Part shown: positions 1-12,165 of the stretch, in pieces
Position numbering within the stretch: the first letter of the stretch is position 1
Layout: every line of letters starts with the position of its first letter
Assembly (NCBI GenBank): GCA_051942205.1
Contig: JAVECO010000138.1
Location: forward strand, 1-63,421
DNA: 63,421 bases
Reading direction: 5' to 3'
Source: Coniocarpon cinnabarinum
Lineage: Eukaryota
The notes under the pieces: model-generated
The model's database searches: none
What the model was told of the DNA's origin: nothing
The model's input: only the letters and a program-made list of their open reading frames with translations
Translations under genes and position numbers: made by a program

Positions 1-795
1 GGTGGAGGAGGAGGAGGAGTGGTCCTGGGGATTGAGATCAAAGTCGCTGCCAGGGCTGTCGTCGCGGCGTGCACGGGCCGGCGGGCGGTCCATGTCGGGG
101 TCGCGGCGTTTCATCCGTGCGCGGGCCCCTGTCTCGTGCGACCTGACCTGCGCAAGCGGCAAACGTTCCTGCGTCGCTGGCGTCGCTGGCGTCTTCGTCT
201 TCTTCTTGGCCGCCTCTCGTCGCTCCACGTCACTCGCCTTCTGCGTCGCGATGTGGCTGATCGTGCCCTGCGAACTGCTCGATGTGTGGCGCCGCCGGTG
301 GAACAGCTGCGGCCGTCGAGACCGCGACGACGGTGACGACGTGGGCTCCTCGCTGTGCCCAATCTGCGTGCCCGAGGAGATGGACCCGCCGTGCGTCGAG
401 CGTGCACGCAGCCGTCGCAAGTCCCAGGTACTGCTCGAGGGACGGAAGCGACCGTTGGGAAAGTCGGTCTGAACCGGATCGAGTGCCGGTGCAGGTCCAA
501 ACGCGTCAGGGAGGCCGTTCAATGACTGAAGCAGGCCATCGACCATGGAACTTCGCGTCGGGTCAAAATTCGGGTCGAACTCTAGCTCCTGCGATTCTAT
601 GCTCGCATGTCGGGCATGCAATCTTGATTCTTCTCGTTTCGTGTTTGGCGCTTCTTGCAGGCTATGCCATTGTGCTGAATGTTCAGACGTATTTCGTGGT
701 GAGGTAAGAGGACGCGTGTTCTGTAATTGTTGATTCTTTCCCGTCTTTCCTGCATTTGCCCTGTTACTCTGACTTTGAGGGGATCCAGATGTCAT
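1..795 (-). CDS. 5' part of a protein running off the left edge; low-complexity N-terminus, possibly of a Rho guanine-nucleotide exchange factor
   Basis: The minus frame from ATG 795 (MTSGSPQSQ...FDPTRSSMVDGLLQSLNG...DLNPQDHSSSSST) appears open to the window edge; it is absent from the ORF track because it has no stop. RSSMVDGLLQSL resembles an N-terminal motif I recall from fungal Rho GEFs; no catalytic domain is visible. Confidence 0.55.
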   Translation of the reverse strand, partial: MTSGSPQSQSNRANAGKTGKNQQLQNTRPLTSPRNTSEHSAQWHSLQEAPNTKREESRLHARHASIESQELEFDPNFDPTRSSMVDGLLQSLNGLPDAFGPAPALDPVQTDFPNGRFRPSSSTWDLRRLRARSTHGGSISSGTQIGHSEEPTSSPSSRSRRPQLFHRRRHTSSSSQGTISHIATQKASDVERREAAKKKTKTPATPATQERLPLAQVRSHETGARARMKRRDPDMDRPPARARRDDSPGSDFDLNPQDHSSSSST

Positions 796-2864
796 CAAGG
801 CAAGGTCGGCAGTCGGCTGAGGTGAATCTGCTCACCAATGTATCGAACGCGCGCGTTCAGTCTGTTGAAGACCCAAGGAGGTGCAAGCTGCTCCGATATG
901 ATATTCAGGTCCGATATGAGGAGGGCTGCGACTAGAGGTGAGCTCCGGATATTCAGCACTCCCTGAGAGCGAAGGATTTTGCGACGATAGAGCTCTTGAG
1001 ACAGTGTGAGCAGCGAGACGATTGCTCAGGTTGCGCACCAAGGTTCGTTGTTGCGCCCAGGTTGCTCCTTCTTGTCTGATGAAGATGAGACTCAGTATAG
1101 ATGAATAGATGCTCGCTCGCGGCTGAGTTCGTTTCGGGTTGGAGATAGGTGAGGACAAGGTCTGTGAATGCTCCCCAGTATGGAAGGTAGTGTCAGGATT
1201 TCAGAATGTTGTGTAGGTGTAGATGTATGCCAGCGACGCCAGTGAGGGAGATGAGCAGAGGCACATGGGAGGTGTATAGACGAAGAGCTTGTTGAGACCG
1301 ACGTGTTGGAATGCTGAGATGGGATAGAAGCTTGCGAAGGTGATAGACAAGCGCGTGGTTCGCTAGCAGAAGTCTAGCGACGGCACAGACACTTCAAGGG
1401 GATGATGACGCGGGTGGTGACGGTCATACTGAATCAAGAGAGCTGTCAAACCCCGGTGCAGGCGCAGAAGGAAGCGGATGAAACGATGCCAACCAGGTGC
1501 CCAAGGTAACCGAGGGATGGAAGGATGGACAAGAGCAGCCCGAGTCGGGAGTAGGGCGAAGAGACGTTCGCGGCCGTCAGTCAGACAGGCATCGGAGAGC
1601 AGCAGCAGGACGAGCAGAGGATGAAGCAGGACGGAGGGAGATTTGGAACAAGCGCGGGCAGGGATTGCAGTGGGTCGGAGGGCTGTTAGCCACTGTTAGC
1701 CACTGCTAGCCGCCGTCCTCGCGTCAGGCCCCGGCCGGCGTCCTTCCCTTTCCAGACAAGATCCGAGAAAGACTTGCGGCAAAACTGAACAAGCAAGCTG
1801 TCACGCTGCGCAGTTGGTGCACGTCGGTCGAGCAGCAGCACGATTCTTATCTGCGCCGGATGCGAGAGCGTCTCCCAGTCCCCAGCGGCAGCGTATGACA
1901 TTTTGCACGTGATGCTCGCTCGACCGGTAATTAATCGTGCGCAAAGTGGCGTGCACAGCCAATGGGAGCGATGAAGCACGAGCAGCAGTCGGGAGGGTGG
2001 GGCTGTTCCTGGCGCTAAGCACCAAAAGGGTTGGTTTCAGAGATGAAGTGGCTGATGGACCGCTCAGTCGATTGTGGAGATGAGATTAATCCGATTCAGC
2101 TCTTACATTCCATCTATCTGCAATAATGGTCAATCTCTCCTTCTCACCCTGAATCGCGCGTTTCTTCCTCCCTCTTTCTCGCCTCAGACACTTCCGTTTG
2201 CAGTGTTGCAGCCCAGCGGCTATTCCGGATCAGTGTTTCACTTCCATCACAGGTTTCGAGTCCGGGCGATCAGCACAGTTCCCGCTACGCCCGCACAACC
2301 AAGATCTGGCATGGTAACATTGGCCCCTCATCTCAAGCGAGCATTCTTCCGTTGGTATTGCCCCCTTTCCATAGTGCATTCTCTGGCGCCGGTGGTGCCA
2401 TCGCCACCTTGACTCAGAGCGCTGCAATAATGGCCGTCATTAAGATCTTATATGCAAATTGCGTTTCATATGCCAAGGCCGGTCCAGATGGTAGGTAGCA
2501 TCTCGACCAGGTAGTTCTCACATCTGATCCACTCGATCTTGTCCAGCTGATCGGGCTGGGTCTTGTGATTCTGGCACGATGCTTTGCAGGGAGTCATTTC
2601 CAAGTGGGCAGCGATCAGGTAATAACCATGTTCCCCAGCTATGTATGACAAGTAGCAGCAGGGAGGCCTCAAGGCCATGACTTGTTGGGCGCGCCGACAT
2701 TTATCCTGCTGGATGCGTTCTTGGAAGTCTGTGCATTTCTACAGGGATCACGCTCCTCGATGTAGACGCATTGGTGGCAGATCAATGAACACTCCTACGA
2801 CCAATCTACAATGTGCGCAGCCATGTTCGCAGCATCTACAGGCCAAGCTCGTTTCCCAGTGCGT

Positions 2865-3746
2865 TCATTTTGCCCCTTTCTTCTTCTTGTTGCCAAGCTT
2901 GTTCGCCTTCAACTGTGCTTGTCGCTCCATTCGATCCAGCTGCTCTTTCTTCTCCTTCTCGTGTTCTGCCCGTTCGGCAGCCTCTTCACGCTTCCGCTCA
3001 GCAGCCCTTTCACGCTCTTCACGCACCAGCTTCAACCTCTCCAAGTCCGCACGCGCCTCGTCCGTCTTGCCCTCCGCATGCAACTTCTGATATCGTTCCT
3101 TGGCTTGCTGCGCCTGCAGTGCCTCACGCTCTCGGCGCGACAGCTGGGTTGTGTCGGCCTTCTTCTTTCCACTCGACGCCGGCGGTTCTGCGTCCTTGGC
3201 GACCATGGGAGCTGCGGCTTGCTTTTGTGCCTTGACAGTGTGATTTGGGTTCGCTGGCATATCGTCGTCAATGTCTTCATCCTCGTCATCCTCATCCTCC
3301 GAAGATGTGGGCATGTCGCCAGGCGCGGCTTGCTTCTTTTTCTTCTTCGCTATGGCGACTTCTTTGCGCTTGCGTGCTTCGGCTTTACGCTCCTCGCGCG
3401 ACTGTTCCGCTGCTGGCCCAGGCCCTTCATCGTCGTCTTCGTCTTCATCGGAATCTTCTTCCGAGCTATCGTCGTCGCTATCGTCGTCTTCATCGTCTGA
3501 CTTCTTGTCTTTTGGGTCCTAATTGATGATTAGAGCCTGCAGAATGAAGGGGCGTTGCGACTTCATCTCGTACTGCCCACATTGACATCTCTTCTCCATC
3601 TGGGCCAATTGGTCGCAAGTTTCGACTGAACTTCTTCGCACCTAAAGGAAAACGATTGTCAATCCATGCGTTAATGAGGCGCCTGGGTCTTTCATACCTC
3701 CCCGCTTCGGCTTGCCGAACTTTCCGCCACGGCCTCTGCCTGACAT
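2865..3746 (-). CDS. 28 kDa heat/acid-stable phosphoprotein (PP28/PDAP1 family), 2 introns
   Basis: Spliced protein MSGRGRGGKFGKPKRGG/AKKFSRNL..., acidic S/D/E tract, then LSRREREALQAQQAKERYQKLHAEGKTDEARADLERLKLVREERE (PP28 signature). Confidence 0.88.
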
Positions 3747-4826
3747 GATGGCCTTGTGCGAGTTGTCTGAGAGAACCGTCTAGAGACAATGCGAAAGTAT
3801 TTTGTCTCCAGTGGAGGCTTCTCCACGATCACGCGAGTGCAATGTGCAAGGGAAGGAGTGAAAAGAGAGTATGCAATTAAGCCAAACCTGTACCTAGAAC
3901 GACGGGTGCCTCAAAATTTTTGCGGGGCAGCAGGACGATGCCCGACCCTAGACGCGCGGGTGGCGCTTAGCATTCACTCCTTCCTCGAATTTCTTTTCTC
4001 CACCATCCTCTCTGCAAACTCCTCTCAGTACCGGTCATTAATGCTGATGCAGAAGCTAGTCGCGCTCTAAGCGTTTTGAATCGTAAAGCGCATGCGGTAT
4101 CTCGCCGAAGCTTTCCAGCGAAGCATTCGCCATCTCTGGCGATATATTTAAGATGAAATCAAAAGCCTCTATTGAGTGATGCGTTCTGCGAAAGCCCTTC
4201 TTATTCACTCTACCATCCCGTTCAGTGGTTGATTGAGAGCGGGAACGGAATGGGCAGATTGACAGCCACCACTCTTACCTCCATCTTGAACCAACGTGAT
4301 GACAGCATGGAAAAATACGTGGCTCATTTGAATGGTACATATTTAATCATTAATACTTCGTAACGCATGCATAAAGACACGCGAACTCTGGAGGTAACTG
4401 CTTTCTCGTAACTCGCTATTTGTTGAACAGCCATCCTGGATGTTGTATCTGGAGGGGGCCGCAATGTTTGATCGCATGAGCAGTCTCGTCCGTGGGGCTC
4501 TAGCTTTGCGTCTAAGTCTTTGCTCCTCATTCTCATGTTGGCGAATGACACGGATTCAAGATGAAACCAGCCCCGGCTTCGCATTCAGACGGCGGGCATC
4601 AGCAAAAGGCGCAGTCCACCTTCTTGAACATGGTTTGCCCTCAGACCCTCCAACGTGAGAACCTCTCAATCTGTGTGGCTGCATGCGGCTTCACGCCACT
4701 GTCTTGCAGAAGCTGAAAGGCGCCCTGCCAGAATTTAAGCATTTTGGAACTCGTTGTACCTTTTAGGCAATGGTCATGGAATCAGGTTCCGCTCTTTTTT
4801 CCTCGGTGCAATCCTCATGCTCCACC

Positions 4827-5663
4827 TCAGTCATGCTGTTTGACAGCCTCGATAATCTCCGTCAAGTTCTTCACCGACACCGTGGGTCCTTCTCCCAACT
4901 TGTCCGTCCAGCCATTGCCTGCGCGATCAACCCACGCCGCCTTCATGCCCATTGCTCTGGCGCCTACAACGTCAAAAGGGTTCCCACTGATTAACCAAAG
5001 CTGTCCCATCTCCTGCTCGCTTTTGCCCATCTTTCGCGCAAGATGTCGATAGACCTGTGGGTCCGGCTTGAACCTCTTGGGCTCCTCAACAGTGATCAAG
5101 TCCTTGAAGACAGACTGATGCGGAGACAGAGAGGGTGATGATTTCACACTGTTTGTGACCATGTTGTTCGTGCCATTGGAGAAGACGACTGGTGTTATGG
5201 TGGTTTCCTTGGCAATGGCGGTGAGGGCGGGCGCAACGTCTGGGAACGTGTCAAGACTGTCATAGGCGTGGATGAGCTCATCTGTTTGTCTCGACGAGAA
5301 AGCCACGTTTGATTCTGTCAAGGTCTGTTGAAGTGCTTTGAGCGTGACGCTCGAGAAAGGCTCATAAATGCCTGTGCCGCATCAGTATGCGTTGGTGCGG
5401 GCGTCATTTCTTGTGAGCAGTGATGTTGCGGTCACAAGCTAGGAGCAGACGAACAAAGTGCCACTGCGAGCGTCATGCGGATGAGACGTACCCATGCTGT
5501 TCAGCCGCCAAGTGTATTCCAATTGCAGCACACGCCATCTCGCCGCCAGCTGCGCCCCTCTATCCTTTCCAAAAAGCTCCCCAAGCCTTTGGGCAATGCT
5601 TTCTGTGGAAAGAAGTGTCCCGTAAAGATCGAATGCAAGCACGACATCCTTTCCGCCCGCCAT
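4827..5663 (-). CDS. Haloacid dehalogenase type II (HAD superfamily), 1 intron (5372-5491)
   Basis: Motif I FDLYGTL, WRxxQLEYTWRLNSMG, FSNG, FKPDPQVY, ISGNPFDVVGA; a GT-AG intron joins ORFs 5439-5663 and 4827-5321. Confidence 0.9.
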
Positions 5664-6214
5664 CTTTAGGATACACTCGTGTCACCGTATCACAACCTTT
5701 TCTTGTTCGATCCCTCACGATCAACACTGCATTTCGCCTGCGCGTTGTGTCCCTGGCCGACGCGTACCTGCTGTCACAGCTGCAGCCAACCGTATGCGGA
5801 TCGCCTGCTGAGAGTCTGTGCAGCGAGCAAAGATTTTTTCTCCGATCGGGTGGCCACTGCTTGTCCAACAATACTGAGCTTGACGACCGAAAGCATCAGC
5901 GACCTGCAGGTGAGTGACGCCGATGCGCCGGACGTTCGAAAGCTTATGTCAGAATGATGACGCAACCGATGCTCCCGGTGCATGATATCTCTCATGCACG
6001 CACAGAGCTCATGGTAGATTCAAATGCGTTTCTGATGCGAGCTCGAAAGCCCCCGAGTGGTGGCCCAGTGACTGACTTTCATAGCGCTGCTTGCGTGCAG
6101 GCCAGCCCGCACGCTTGTTGATATCTATCCGTGTATCCACATTCGTGTTGCATCTGGAGAAGTTCAGCAAGTCAAGCATTCCAAATAGCGGGGCGCGCAT
6201 CGGCACGGGACGAG

Positions 6215-7270
6215 ATGCCCCGGCTCAGATATCGCACGCAATTTGGTGGAAGTTCAGACGTGATTACAGCAGCAGCGGGAGAAGAAGTAGAAGATAGCAA
6301 TGAAGAAGGTGCGGCAGACGATGAGACAGGCCTGGACGCGTCGGGTGGTGATAGCAAAGTATTCCAGACCGTCAAAGAACTACTAGAGGAGAGAATTCTG
6401 CTGCAATCGAGTGCTGTGCACCACAGAGGCCCGAAGAGCGGCCGATCTGGTCGAAAAAGAACAGCAAACACGAATACCAGCGAATTTGATGAAAGTAACG
6501 AGGAACTGGGTGAGTTCATTGAAGTATGTTGGGTCTCGTTGTCATGTTCTGCTCTCGTGGACAAGTTCTCTGCGACCGAGACTGATAGCGGACGTGTAGT
6601 ATCTTGCACACGAGCTATACGAAAACTTGCCTGAAGAGCTACAACGCGGCGGTCATTCAGTGAAGGATTTCGAAGACGTCAGCAACGTGTATGTGCTGGC
6701 GCTAGACCTCTCGTTGATCACCAAGGCCCAGCTTATATGAAATGAGCGTAGTGAAAAAATGCGAGACACTAATACTGACGCAGTGCCCACATTGAGGAAT
6801 GGGTGGCAAGCACACCGCCTGCAGTGACTGATTCGCTGTTAGCGTACGGACTTCTCTCCGCACAGTCCGGTAATGATGTGGTAGCTGATTTCTTGCATCA
6901 GTTTTACGAGGAGCTGCTGGAAGTACTGAGCAGTGACATGGGGCAAGATCCAAGCGCGACGACAGCAGGTGTCCCCACGAAGAGCGCGGCGTGCCAGTTG
7001 TGTGATCGATCTCACATGCCCTTGACAGCTCATCACCTCATTCCCCGGCAGGTCCACATCAAGGCCATCAAGCGTGGGTGGGCCAGAGATTTGGAGGAGT
7101 GTCACAGACGGATCGCATGGTTGTGTCGAGCGTGTCACTCGTTCGTGCATCGATGTGCCAAACATGAAGAGCTAGCGACGCACTTCAATACCATTGAAGC
7201 CCTTGAGTCAAGGGAGGACGTGCGTAAGTGGGTGGATTGGGTCAGAAGAATCCGATGGAAAAAGCATTGA
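6215..7270 (+). CDS. HNH (YisB-like) endonuclease-domain protein, 2 introns; start uncertain
   Basis: C-terminal CQLCDRSHMPLTAHHLIPR...WLCRACHSFVH (CxxC-HH-CxxCH). Upstream exons ELGEFIE/YLAHELYENLPEEL splice in frame via GTATGT donors. Confidence 0.8.
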
Positions 7271-8681
7271 GGCGAGAGCCGCCAGTGACTGCCCTGATCG
7301 TCCTTCCGTCGGTATTTAGAAGTTGTGTGTCATAGTGAGAGACATTGGCGGACATATGCCGAAGTTGGTTCTTGCGACCCAATCCTGCGAGATCGGCGCT
7401 TGGCGGTCAAACACGTGCGTTTCGTCCGTTTAGGCGGCGATATAGATCTAGGTGGATCACCTGTATCTTGACAGATTGCCAGATCGCAGATCGCACTGCT
7501 ACCGAATGAGCGGGTAAGCCTGTTGCAGATGGTGAGACATCGCGCGGCTTGCTGGTAGCTGAAGTTGAATCGATGAGAAAATTCCGCAACGGCAAGACGG
7601 GTATTTTGAAGGACACGATAGCCCAAGATTGTGCGCTGTCCCTTGGAAGCGCGAGTCGCTCAAGTTCAATTGTTGGAGTGCCACAATCTTGAGAATATTC
7701 ACATAAAACGTGAAAAGGGAAGTGAGAACGGCTGCTGACATCAGCCGCACTCATCGTGATGATAAGTAATGAGAGGCGGGTCTCTTGAAAGCCATCTCTT
7801 GCTGCTCGGTTCGTTCCGAGTTGTTACATAAAATCTACGACGGCACACAACGAGAACGGAAAATTTATACCTGGATAGATCCTTTTCCTAGTAGCTCTCA
7901 CGGCATGTAGTGTTCGGGCGATTGAAGTCATGAAAGTCACCCCAATGACATTGAGCGAAGCAGCTTGTAGGAAGCCAAAGGGTTTGCGCGTTGTGGAAGG
8001 TGGTGGAATTGTCCGAAACCTGTTCACGTCATGATGCTATTGGAAACAAGAGACACTGCTGTAGCGGTAAATGCATTGATGGAAAAGTTACTCTTGAGGA
8101 CGTTCTGGCGACTTAGGAGTTAGTTCGGGCCTGTCGATCCGGTGTCAGGCTAGGGAAGAGGCAAGCAGATGCGCTGGGGCGACGGCAGGACGCTTCTTCA
8201 CACTCGACGGTTGCTTCGAGCGCGGCGTAACTTTATCCGTCTTGGGCGAGCAAGTTGCGGAAGCCTTGTGAGATGCTTGCACACCCCTGTAGCATGCAAA
8301 GGATTCAGTAAGATGTTGCTGCAGCATGCATAGCCTAATTAAGGACCGTCATTGAGTTGGCTGCACACGAAGAAGCGTCGAAGCTGTGTGCTACAGAGCG
8401 GGACCCAGCCGATATTGCTGCAGGGTGCCGATAAGGTCTCCACGAGGAGAAGAACCTGTGGCGACCGGTGGGTCGTTTGGAGATCGCTTGTCGGCACGCC
8501 CGCCGAGATCTGGGGAGTAGGCTGTGCGAGTGCGCGTGCGGGAACGCTGGGGCGTACAGAGATAACGCGACCAGCGTGGACAGACTCGACCGGCATGCAC
8601 GTGTGGTACAGAGATGGGCATGTGAGTCTCACAGGAGTTGCGACCCCTTGGTCGTGGACGCTGCTTGGTAGAGCCTGCGCG

Positions 8682-8714
8682 TGGAGACTGGAGACTGGAG
8701 ACTGGAGACTGGAG
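8682..8714. repeat. Tandem heptamer (TGGAGAC)x4.7
   Basis: tggagac tggagac tggagac tggagac tggag, read directly. Confidence 0.9.
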
Positions 8715-11091
8715 GAAAAGTCTGCGGCGCAGATATGATGATGCCATGATGCCATGCGAGATCCAGTGGCTCAGGCGCCCGGCGGGGCTGATTGGCCCGG
8801 GGGCGACGCCGGTCCGGATCTTCGCGTGTTCCTGGATCGAAGCGTTCGCGCTTAGCTGCATCCGTCGATCGGAGCTCGGCGGCACCGATGCTCCGACCTG
8901 AAGCTTGGTCTACGCGGCAACACACAACGTCAAACGAACAGCTCCTCTCAGTGTGGTCCCGCTCATATACATGCGTGGCCTCTCACACTGCCGAACGAAC
9001 GGCGTCAGCGAAGCGTAGATCGTGCTGGCCTGTCGCCTGCAGCAGCAAGTCATGATCCCTGCGCGCCCCTGCAAGACATCAGCCCCCACCGGCGACCACG
9101 GTCATGCTGCACGCTGACTCTGTCGAGGGTCGATGCGTGTGGCGATGACTAGGTCGTGAGCGGTGACACCAGCCTCACCTCACTGCGGCACGAGTGCCCG
9201 TGAGTATAGGTGACCATACGCTGCATATGAGTGATTAGGAAGTGCCAGCAATTGATAAGCTGGCGGCACGCCGGTTTTTTCCTGCAAGGCTGGAAGGACT
9301 TGTGCCTGTAAGGGTCATGGCTAGCCGCATGGAAATCGACGCTTGCAGCGACACAGAACTTTGCGCCTATCAACGAAGCGCAGATCGCAGCGTGGAGGGG
9401 CAAGCGTGTCACTGTTCCCGGTAGGCTAGGATCCGGAATCAAGGAGTGCGGTCCGAAACACCTCGAGTCGAAAGTCTCTTTGGAGAAAGTCAAATTTGGG
9501 AACTTTGGCCTTTCAGAAATGGCTCTCTAACGCATGACGATTCTGGCATACGAACGAGAACCGTCGTCACTGACTACCGGTATCACCAGTGCCTCCAACG
9601 TCTTGATCACATCCCTGACAGTCCTTGAGCGTCCACAGGAACCAGCGAGGTGCACGAAGATAAGCAAATACATTATCAACAAGGGTTCATTGGCTCGTAC
9701 CCGTGTTTAAGCGAACTGAGGTGTGCGGCGCGAGCACGAGCGTTGAGGTCATCGACCAGGCACACGAACTGCTGCCGGCATTGGCGACAGTGAGGCGTCG
9801 CGAGTCGCGGAAAAGCTCCGGCAGCAACAGTCGTCACCGCCGTTTCAAGTAATTTGGGCCTGAAGTGGTGGCCTGAACAGGGAACGTGGAAGCTTGCACG
9901 CCCTGTTGTGGCCGCCTGACAGGCCGAGCGATTGTGCCCTGACAAATTGGAAGCGGCTAAGTTGATATGTGCCTGTCGATGCTTGCCGAGAGACGCGCAA
10001 CGGCTCTGCTCCTTGCATCTCGCTCGTCTTGTTGCTGCCCTCCCTTCAGCGTGGCCCGGACGCGGCGGCGTGTGAATGCCAGCGCTCAGCTCTCTGGCGC
10101 TGCATTGCCAGCTGAACGTCTGCGTGACGGCTCGCTTCATCACCACGGCGCTCTGGTCGTCCATCTGGAGGCCGGGGTGTGCACGCAAGCGCATGTGAGA
10201 GTGTCTGCCCCGATCTGCACATGCCTGCACCTAAGCACGCACGCAAGCATGCCCAGCAAGTCAGCAAGCCGACTGCACCATCGAGCAAGATATCCGCAAG
10301 CCTCATGACGAAATCAGCGTCCCCGTGGCGTCTTCGAGAGGCGTCTGGTGAGGGCTTTTTCGGGAGCTCTTCGCATGTTGAGGCAGCCACTGCACTACGT
10401 CGAGCACCCTTAGTGGCCGTCCTCAGTCCTCCGGGTCGTGAGCGAGGCAAGCGCGTCTCGGCTGTCGAGCAGCCTGGTTCCACTGCGTGCGGATTGTTGT
10501 CGCGTGTCTTGCCGCATGAGGTGGTCGAGGGTCTGGCAAGATTGAGGGTGGATGAGAATGGAGCGCGGCGAAGCGCTGACAAGTACCTGACACTGCATAT
10601 TCATGACGCCGTGCATTGCAGCCGGCGGCGCGCAGTCGTCATTCTCCGAGAGGGTGGAAGCAGGACGCACCACGTCAGTGGGCGGTTGCCGCACGCTACC
10701 GTACCAGATCCGATAACAGTAACAGGCGTGGATGGCACAGCAAAGTAGTGTCGGCGCCAGATGGTGCAGGGCGTGCCGCACAGGTACAACACAGCGAGGT
10801 CGACAGCGTGAGCAGTGGAGGAGTGAGGGAGTACCTGTGGGTGCGTGTGTGTATGTCGCGGTTGTATGGGAGTTGGAGTGGCAGCACCCACACCGCCCCA
10901 CGTATTGCAGCGAGCATGAGAGATCCGCATGTGCATGGGCGTGTCTGCAGCGTCGTTGTGTTGTAACTGGCACACTGCACCTCTGCTGCACCGATCAGCC
11001 TCGTCCCTCTTCCGCACCCTCTTCCATCCATTACGCAGTGGATTCTCCATTTTAATGATCCACCCCACGCACACTCACTTCTCCCTCTCCC

Positions 11092-11263
11092 ACACCTACA
11101 CCTACACCTACACCCACACCCCTCTCGGCCACTCCCCTTCTCTTCCTTCCTCCCCTTCACCCAAACTCTCGTGCTGGCCAGGTTTCGGTCCCGCCGCCGG
11201 CTCTCTTGGCCGCCCTGGCCTCGTCCATGCTCTCTCTCTCTCTCTCCCTCTCTCTCTCTCTCT
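11092..11263. repeat. (ACACCY)x5 repeat and (CT)n microsatellite in the pyrimidine-rich region upstream of CMR1
   Basis: ACACCT x3 plus ACACCC x2 at 11092-11121; interrupted CT repeat at 11230-11263. Confidence 0.85.
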
Positions 11264-12165
11264 TCCCATTCCTGCCTCGACCACCTCAAACGGTCGACTA
11301 CTGCGACTCGCTCGCTCCACCGCAATGCAAAGTCCCTTCGGTCGTATCGTCAACACTCTCGCCCCGGCCTGCAGCTGGCTGTTTTGGTTCACTCACCCTC
11401 CGGATCTGCTCTGTCATCCGCTGCCACCCACCTCCCCTCCCCCCCGTCGTTCCGCCGGTTCGCCCTGATCTGAGTACAATAATATCCGTCCCCTTGACCG
11501 TCCAGTATTCCACCATCCTTCTCTCGCTTTCTCGTCCATTTCTGTGTCATCCGTCCGCGGCGTTCTTTTGCATGCCTAATGCGTGGCTCCCTGTTGCCCC
11601 AACTCGTCTCATCTTCCACGCCCGGTTTCGACCTCTCCCACCAGTGTTACAGCCTGCTATGTAACCGCCTCAACATCCACCTCATTCGACTCTGATCCCT
11701 CACTTGGCTCGGCGTTGCAGCTGCTTCCCTTCCGAACACGATCCTTGTCCCTGGTCTAAGCAGACCTTATTTTGAGTCCCTCCATCGACGGTGACGCCGC
11801 TACTGAGACCCTGTTTCAAGCGTCAGGGAGGCGTTCGGTGAGCTTACAAAGCTCACGGGCATATCTCTGGTCACTGTCAGTCAGCTCTGTCCAATACTGC
11901 ATTTGGATATTACGTGCAGCATCCGCATTCGTTCTTCGTCAACCGCGCGGCGTAGCTCTCAAGCTGGCAATCCATTCACTCAGCTTTCTGCTCAGCATCG
12001 AGAATTGGCCTCATCGCCCTCTCTGCTAGAATTTGTTCGGATTTTTCTCTGATCCATACCTTCTCGCGAGCCAAACCTTGGTCTTTTTGGTTCCACAATA
12101 TTTTTGTTCGCAATCACTTTGGATACCACACCTATTTCCTCTCTAGACGTTCGTGCGGTTTCAAT

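Noticed and set aside
2074..2700. Coding-like fragments between the left-edge gene and PP28 (similar fragments at 15800-16730)
   Set aside because: No continuous frame or recognisable family could be assembled.
2811..3526. Long + strand ORFs (229 aa and others) over the PP28 gene
   Set aside because: Antisense shadows of a charged, low-complexity minus-strand CDS.
8682..8714. Short tandem repeats (also 1686-1711 and 47404-47427) considered as CRISPR-like or telomeric
   Set aside because: No spacers, eukaryotic context and not TTAGGG; ordinary slippage repeats.
8339..11664. Many overlapping 100-200 aa ORFs upstream of CMR1
   Set aside because: Expected in GC-rich non-coding DNA; no domain, consistent strand or splice structure found.
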